A DNA stretch of 52,678 bases from Octopus bimaculoides (Eukaryota): NCBI RefSeq assembly GCF_001194135.2, contig NC_068983.1, positions 2,581,879 through 2,634,556 on the forward strand, given 5' to 3'. Each line of letters begins with the position of its first letter. Positions within the stretch are counted from its first letter, which is position 1. Below the pieces are notes generated by a model. That model was given only the letters and a program-made list of their open reading frames with translations. It did no database searches and was not told the DNA's origin. Shown here one piece after another: positions 47,151 through 52,678 of the stretch. A program made the translations under genes and the position numbers.

Positions 47151-48496
47151 GCTGTCACAAACGATCCTTTATTTCCGTTATTTCTTAATGCTTTCTGGAA
47201 ACCTGATTCAACTGAACCAGTTCCCGAAATCTGCAGGTACCTCATGAACAGCGAGGTGCTTAAAACTAAATCTACACCTCGGTGTTTATACCAGACATCT
47301 TGTTATCCGTGACGTAGCAACTTATTTCAACTTGTCAAATTTTAAAAGTTACAAATTATTTATTGCAGCTTTCAAATGATAAATTATAAACAAAAATTCG
47401 GAGAAAAATGAGATTTTAATTATTAGAAGCATTTCGTATTTCATTTCAATAAAATTCTTATATTTACTTTACTTTGTTTTGTGTATGTTTTTGCCTATGA
47501 TATCTAAATGTTTAAACGATAATTTTCTTTTTAAAGATTTCAATTTGACGCATCAGGTCAACAGTTTCCAAGAAACCAAATAAGTTTTCTTCACAATTAT
47601 AAATTATAAAAAAAAACTTTGTTTTTCTTTGCAGAAAAGAAAATGTCTGCCTTCTGATATATCTCAGTTGATGTAGAAATTATTTTACTGTATCGATCAG
47701 CTTCGTTCGTCGCCATTTTCTATTAGTTTTCCTCGGATATTTTATTATGATAACAAAATCAAAAGGAAATATATATGTACATATTTATACTACGTATACA
47801 TATCTATACTGTGTAAATAGAATATTCGATCAGAAACTTGAAACAAAGTATTTGTCAGACGGTAAGTACATTACGACAAGGTGACAGGTTGTGGCGAGAC
47901 TACAGTCGAGTACATTGATTTCTGTGTCTAACAAATACTTTAAGTGCTCGGCCCAGGAGGAACGAAGAAACATAGAATCATTATTCAGTGTATTTGAACA
48001 CTGATTAGAAAGGGATTTTACTAAATAATATATGAAACATGGCGGTATATATATATATATATATATATATNNNNNNNNNNNNNNNNNNNNNNNNNNNNNN
48101 NNNNNNNNNNNNNNNNNNNNNNNNNNNNNNNNNNNNNNNNNNNNNNNNNNNNNNNNNNNNNNNNNNNNNNNNNNNNNNNNNNNNNNNNNNNNNNNNNNNN
48201 NNNNNNNNNNNNNNNNNNNNNNNNNNNNNNNNNNNNNNNNNNNNNNNNNNNNNNNNNNNNNNNNNNNNNNNNNNNNNNNNNNNNNNNNNNNNNNNNNNNN
48301 NNNNNNNNNNNNNNNNNNNNNNNNNNNNNNNNNNNNNNNNNNNNNNNNNNNNNNNNNNNNNNNNNNNNNNNNNNNNNNNTATATACATAAATAATGCATG
48401 GATTAAAAGGAGGGGGGGCGGGATGAACTACCTGCCTCAACTCGCACGTTATGAAGAGTGCAGTTCGATTTTAACAGTTATTTTTTCAAAGCTATC

Positions 48497-49298
48497 ATGG
48501 AAGTGACAAAGGAACATATTTAGCATACTTTCCTTTATGAGTTCAGTAAAGGCAACAAAGCAATATTAATATATTATGGAGATCGGACAATAAGCGTAAG
48601 CCAGTGTCAACGGTGGTTCCAGAAATTCCGAGGCAGAAACTGTAGCCTAGAATACAAGCTTTGTCCGAAAGATCTGTAGAGGTCGACGATGATGTCTGCA
48701 AACCTTGCTGAAACAAAATCCCTTCGTAACTGTTGAGAAACTAGCAGAGAAGATTGGATTTGGTCATTCAACCATTCATCGACACCTGCGCGCCATCGAA
48801 AAAGCCAGCAAATTGGGTCAATGTGTTCCTTACAACTTTCCAAATCTAATCGCGCGCAGAAAGTGAATGTGTGTTCATCTCTGCTGTCACATCTCACGAA
48901 TGAACCTTTTTTTGACCGAATGGTGACTGGTGACGAGAAATGGGTTCTCTATTAAAATGTTAAGCGCCGAAGACAGTGGTAGAGAAAGGAGAAACACCAG
49001 CACGCCAGGTTAAAGAAGGTCTTCACCCACGTAAGGTGTTGTTATCGGTTCGGTAGGATATGAAAGGTTTAGCCCACTTTGAACATTTAAACCCAAACCA
49101 AACCATAACAAAGGAGATCTAATGTGATCAGCTTGAGCGGCTTAAGTCATCGCTAACAGAAAATCGACCATCTTTGGTTTCAAGATGTTCTTCCATCAGG
49201 ATAATGCTCGACCAAATACAGCGAGGATGACTTTCCAAAGGCTAGAGCAGTTTGAATGGGAAACGATTCTCCATCCACCATATTCACCGGATATTGCA
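48497..49298 (+). mobile_element. Mariner (DD34D-type) transposase fossil, 3'-truncated
   Basis: MEVTKEHI..YEFSKGNKA..ISVSQCQRWFQKFR (HTH), STIHRHL, DRMVTGDEKWVLY, GLHPRKVLLSV, FFHQDNARP, HPPYSPDIA. Stops and frameshifts present; the third Asp region is missing. Confidence 0.9.
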
Positions 49299-49376
49299 TA
49301 TATATTTGTATTCGTGTGTGTATATATATACATATATGTGTGTGTGTGTGTGTGTCTGTTTGTGTATGTATATATT

Positions 49377-49603
49377 TCCCGTGATCACGTAACTGACTAG
49401 GCTATCAGAAGGTATTACACATCGCTGGTCACAATGCGCTTTTCTGTTGTTTTAGGCCTCAAACGACGCCGTCCTGCTGGCTAAGTGATTGAAAGGGGGA
49501 CTGGAGCAACGTGAAAGAAAGGGTTTTGCTCAAGGATACAACGTGCCGCCCAGTGAGGGAATCGAACCCACGATCTAGCGATCGTGAGTACAACACCGAG
49601 CCA
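49377..49603 (-). mobile_element. SINE family C, tail type 3
   Basis: CTGGAGCAACGTGAAA..TTGCTCAAGGATACAAC..GGAATCGAACCCACGATC..GATCGTGAG; the distal part (GATCACGTAACTGACTAGGCTATC) differs from tail types 1 and 2. Confidence 0.75.
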
Positions 49604-49756
49604 CAGGACGTCAAAAAACGTGAACAAAATGATAAACGAGAACATAAAAAAACAAAAACACAGAAATCGAACATTGTTTTCGAAAAAATTCGTTTTCTAT
49701 GTTTTTGATTTTGTGTTCCCGTTTCTCATTTTGTTCACGTTTTTTTTTACGTCCTG
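49604..49756. mobile_element. Fold-back MITE (about 153 bp; arms of about 65 bp)
   Basis: CAGGACGTCAAAAAACGTGAACAAAATGATAAACGAGAAC.. is inverted against ..GTTCCCGTTTCTCATTTTGTTCACGTTTTTTTTACGTCCTG|TA. CAG..CTG termini and a TA flank suggest the Tc1/mariner superfamily. Confidence 0.8.
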
Positions 49757-50472
49757 TATTCATATACGCATGTACATATACATATATATGTAGGTATGTA
49801 CATATATATATGTATGTATATATGCATGTATATATATTATTTATATTATTATATGATCGAACGCCACGCATCCTTTTCCAAATAAGTTTTCTCTATATAT
49901 ATATTAAATCAGTGATGAGCAAGATCAGGAATGTAAAGCGGGTTGAATGGGAGTTGTACAGATAATAGCACAACGAATAATTCTGCTTTACCGATTTATT
50001 GTTTTAATAAATAACCACTGTGTTCTCGAATGCCAATCACTTTTCGGAAACAAAACATTTTACCTCTGTAAATTCTGATATATTATCTCTGGCGACTTGT
50101 TCAAACGTTCGCAAAGAATATGTTTCATCGCAGAAGAATTTCTCTTCAAACTATGACGTCAAAGGATTCCATGAAGAATGATTTATCAAGCAGCGTCCTT
50201 GCATATTAAGTGAAGACGCACATAATTTGGTTTCGTAATCGTAAACCAATATTTAAATATTTACGCACACGCTCTGATATAATAAATATATAAATATATT
50301 TAAATAATGTGCAGAAAATAGATAGCTAATTAATTCAATAATAGATTATAATATAATGGAAAAATTATAAAATAAATAAATGAAAAGCGCAAATATAAAA
50401 TTGCTTTTGAAGAGAGGAGCACATTTTCTGCCAATACTCTACTCATATACAAATACACACGTACATACATAC

Positions 50473-50516
<44 letters not shown>

Positions 50517-51369
50517 TANNNNNNNNNNNNNNNNNNNNNNNNNNNNNNNNNNNNNNNNNNNNNNNNNNNNNNNNNNNNNNNNNNNNNNNNNNNNNNNNNN
50601 NNNNNNNNNNNNNNNNNNNNNNNNNNNNNNNNNNNNNNNNNNNNNNNNNNNNNNNNNNNNNNNNNNNNNNNNNNNNNNNNNNNNNNNNNNNNNNNNNNNN
50701 NNNNNNNNNNNNNNNNNNNNNNNNNNNNNNNNNNNNNNNNNNNNNNNNNNNNNNNNNNNNNNNNNNNNNNNNNNNNNNNNNNNNNNNNNNNNNNNNNNTA
50801 TATATATATATATATATGCTTATATATATATACATATATATATACATGCATAAACACGCACACATACATGCATATACGTTTCTATATACGTTGAGGGAAG
50901 CATCTAGTGAGCGAGAGGGGGGACGAAAGAGTTAGAGCGAGAGGACCTGACGCAAGAGAAAGAGTGTGAAAGTATTACGGGGATGAAAGTGGAAAGAATA
51001 TCAAAACAAAGTTTTTGACGTCACCCAGTCTTTAGTTATCTCGTTCTCTTATTTTCTCACCCCCTCTCTCTGTCTGTCTCTCTTTCTCTTTTTCCCTTTC
51101 TCTCTCTCTCTCTCTCAGTGTTTGAGTCATATCTCTCTGCATAAAATAATTATTTCTCTACAACAATCGAAAATGTGCAGAGACGTATATATATTTATGC
51201 ATATTAGCATGTATATATATATGTTAGTATATCTGTATGTATATAGGTGAGTGCGTGTGTATGTGTCAACATGATACGTATGTAAAGGCTAAGCAGAACG
51301 ACAATATAACCAAGGACACTGGCAAGTCTCGCATGTAAATATGAGAAAGCCGGAAATTTGTGAGGATCG

Positions 51370-51535
51370 AATTAATCGATTACATTAAATCCAGTGCTCA
51401 CCTAGGGCTTATTTTATTGACCCCGAAGTGGATGAAAGGCAAAGTCGATCTCGGTGGAATTTGAATTCAGATATAAAGCCGGACGAAATGCCGTTAAGCG
51501 TTTCGTCCACAATGCTGACGATTGAACCAGATCTT
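51370..51535 (-). mobile_element. SINE family B, diverged
   Basis: GATGAAAGGCAAAGTCGATCTCGGTGGAATTTGAATTCAG. Confidence 0.8.
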
Positions 51536-51606
51536 TGCTTTTGTTGTAGTTACAATAATATGAGTAAATGAAATTATATATGGTATTTATGTAGTTTTAT
51601 TCATAT

Positions 51607-51670
51607 AGTCTTTTACTGGTTATTGGATGGCCATAATTCTGGAACATTACCTTCAAGGGTTTTGTCGAGC

Positions 51671-51671
<1 letters not shown>
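51607..51671 (-). mobile_element. SINE family A tail remnant
   Basis: TCTTTTACT..GGCCAT..CTGGAAC..CCTTCAAGGGTTTTGTCGA; compare 35745-35780. Confidence 0.55.
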
Positions 51672-51745
<74 letters not shown>

Positions 51746-51838
51746 CGTGCGCAATATAATAGTATTTCTTCAGATGCGACATCCACATATATTGCTTCTA
51801 GAAATTTACCCCGCATAATATTTTAATTTGATAGTTAA

Positions 51839-52050
51839 TGCGGCGAGCTGGCAGAGACGTTAACACGCCGGGCGAAATGCTTAGCGGTATTTCGTCTGCC
51901 TCTACGTTCTGAGTTCAAATTCCGCCCAAGTCGACTTTGCCTCTCATTCTTTCGGGGTCAATATATTAAGTACCAGTTGCGTACTGATCGGATCTGATCG
52001 ATTGGCCCCTCCCCATAAATTTTGGGTCTTGTGCCTAGATTAGAAAAGAA
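51839..52050 (+). mobile_element. SINE family B, full length
   Basis: GGCGAGCTGGCAGAGACGTTAACACGCCGGGCGAAATGCTTAGCGG..TTGTGCCTAGATTAGAAAAG. Confidence 0.9.
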
Positions 52051-52233
52051 TATTTAATCTGATAGTTTTTGTATCATTTTGGCGTCTCTTTGTTGGAGGC
52101 ATTCATGTGATTTTCTGCAGGCACGCTTACTTACAGAGGCACATACTGTTATATTGTGACATATGCGTGTGTATATGTGTATGTATATACATATCAATCT
52201 GTATATATATAACCGCATGTAATTTTCTCTCAG

Positions 52234-52279
52234 GCAAGAACCAAGACATCATCTGCTTGCATCTTATGATCGCACACAG
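52234..52279 (+). other. Candidate 46-nt exon
   Basis: TAATTTTCTCTCAG acceptor and CAG|GTACGT donor, both near-consensus; two frames open (QEPRHHLLASYDRTQ; KNQDIICLHLMIAH). Confidence 0.3.
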
Positions 52280-52557
52280 GTACGTCGTCTCAGCAGTGAT
52301 TCCCAACAATATGAGACACGTTACAGCTTTCTTGGGACCTGGCAATAAGGTGCATCGGGCGTTAAATACCTTAGACAAGATATTTCCCCTCTGATCCACA
52401 GCGAACGCTGAATAATAGATTCGCTGGCGTTGAGGAAATTGCAATATTTATGCAGCCCGACAAGGTTGTCGCAATATCAGTGGGTGTAATATTCACTATT
52501 GTATATCTATATATCAATATATATATATATATATATATAGCTTCTTTCTCTTACACA

Positions 52558-52596
<39 letters not shown>

Positions 52597-52678
52597 TCTC
52601 TCTCCCTCTCTCTCTCCCTCTCTCTCTTTCTCTTTCTTTTCTCTCTCTCAATATATATATATATATATATATACAAAC

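Overview
This is a repeat-dense, AT-rich metazoan window, with many N gaps almost all flanked by (TA)n or (CT)n. It reads as intronic or intergenic DNA. The SINE repertoire and extreme microsatellite load suggest an Octopus (cephalopod) draft assembly; that is inferred from recalled repeat families, not from a database search. I find no intact, recognisable host gene, rRNA, true tRNA or CRISPR array. Most ORFs in the supplied track are microsatellite or N-gap artefacts. Supportable content: (1) about 30 copies of three tRNA-headed SINE families, labelled A, B and C here; (2) decayed LINE fragments from four groups (RTE x2, CR1-group, R4/Dong-like, L1/Tx1-like x2); (3) DNA-transposon fossils (DD34D mariner, rosa/DD41D-like, and three MITE or deletion derivatives); (4) several degenerate minimal type-I hammerhead-ribozyme-like motifs of the kind carried by Penelope-like elements, falling into at least two families; (5) a few low-confidence candidate exons. 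The most interesting observations are the hammerhead families, a SINE tail that matches the adjacent LINE 3' end, and a nested/inverted four-SINE cluster. I see no evidence for a wholly new biological system.
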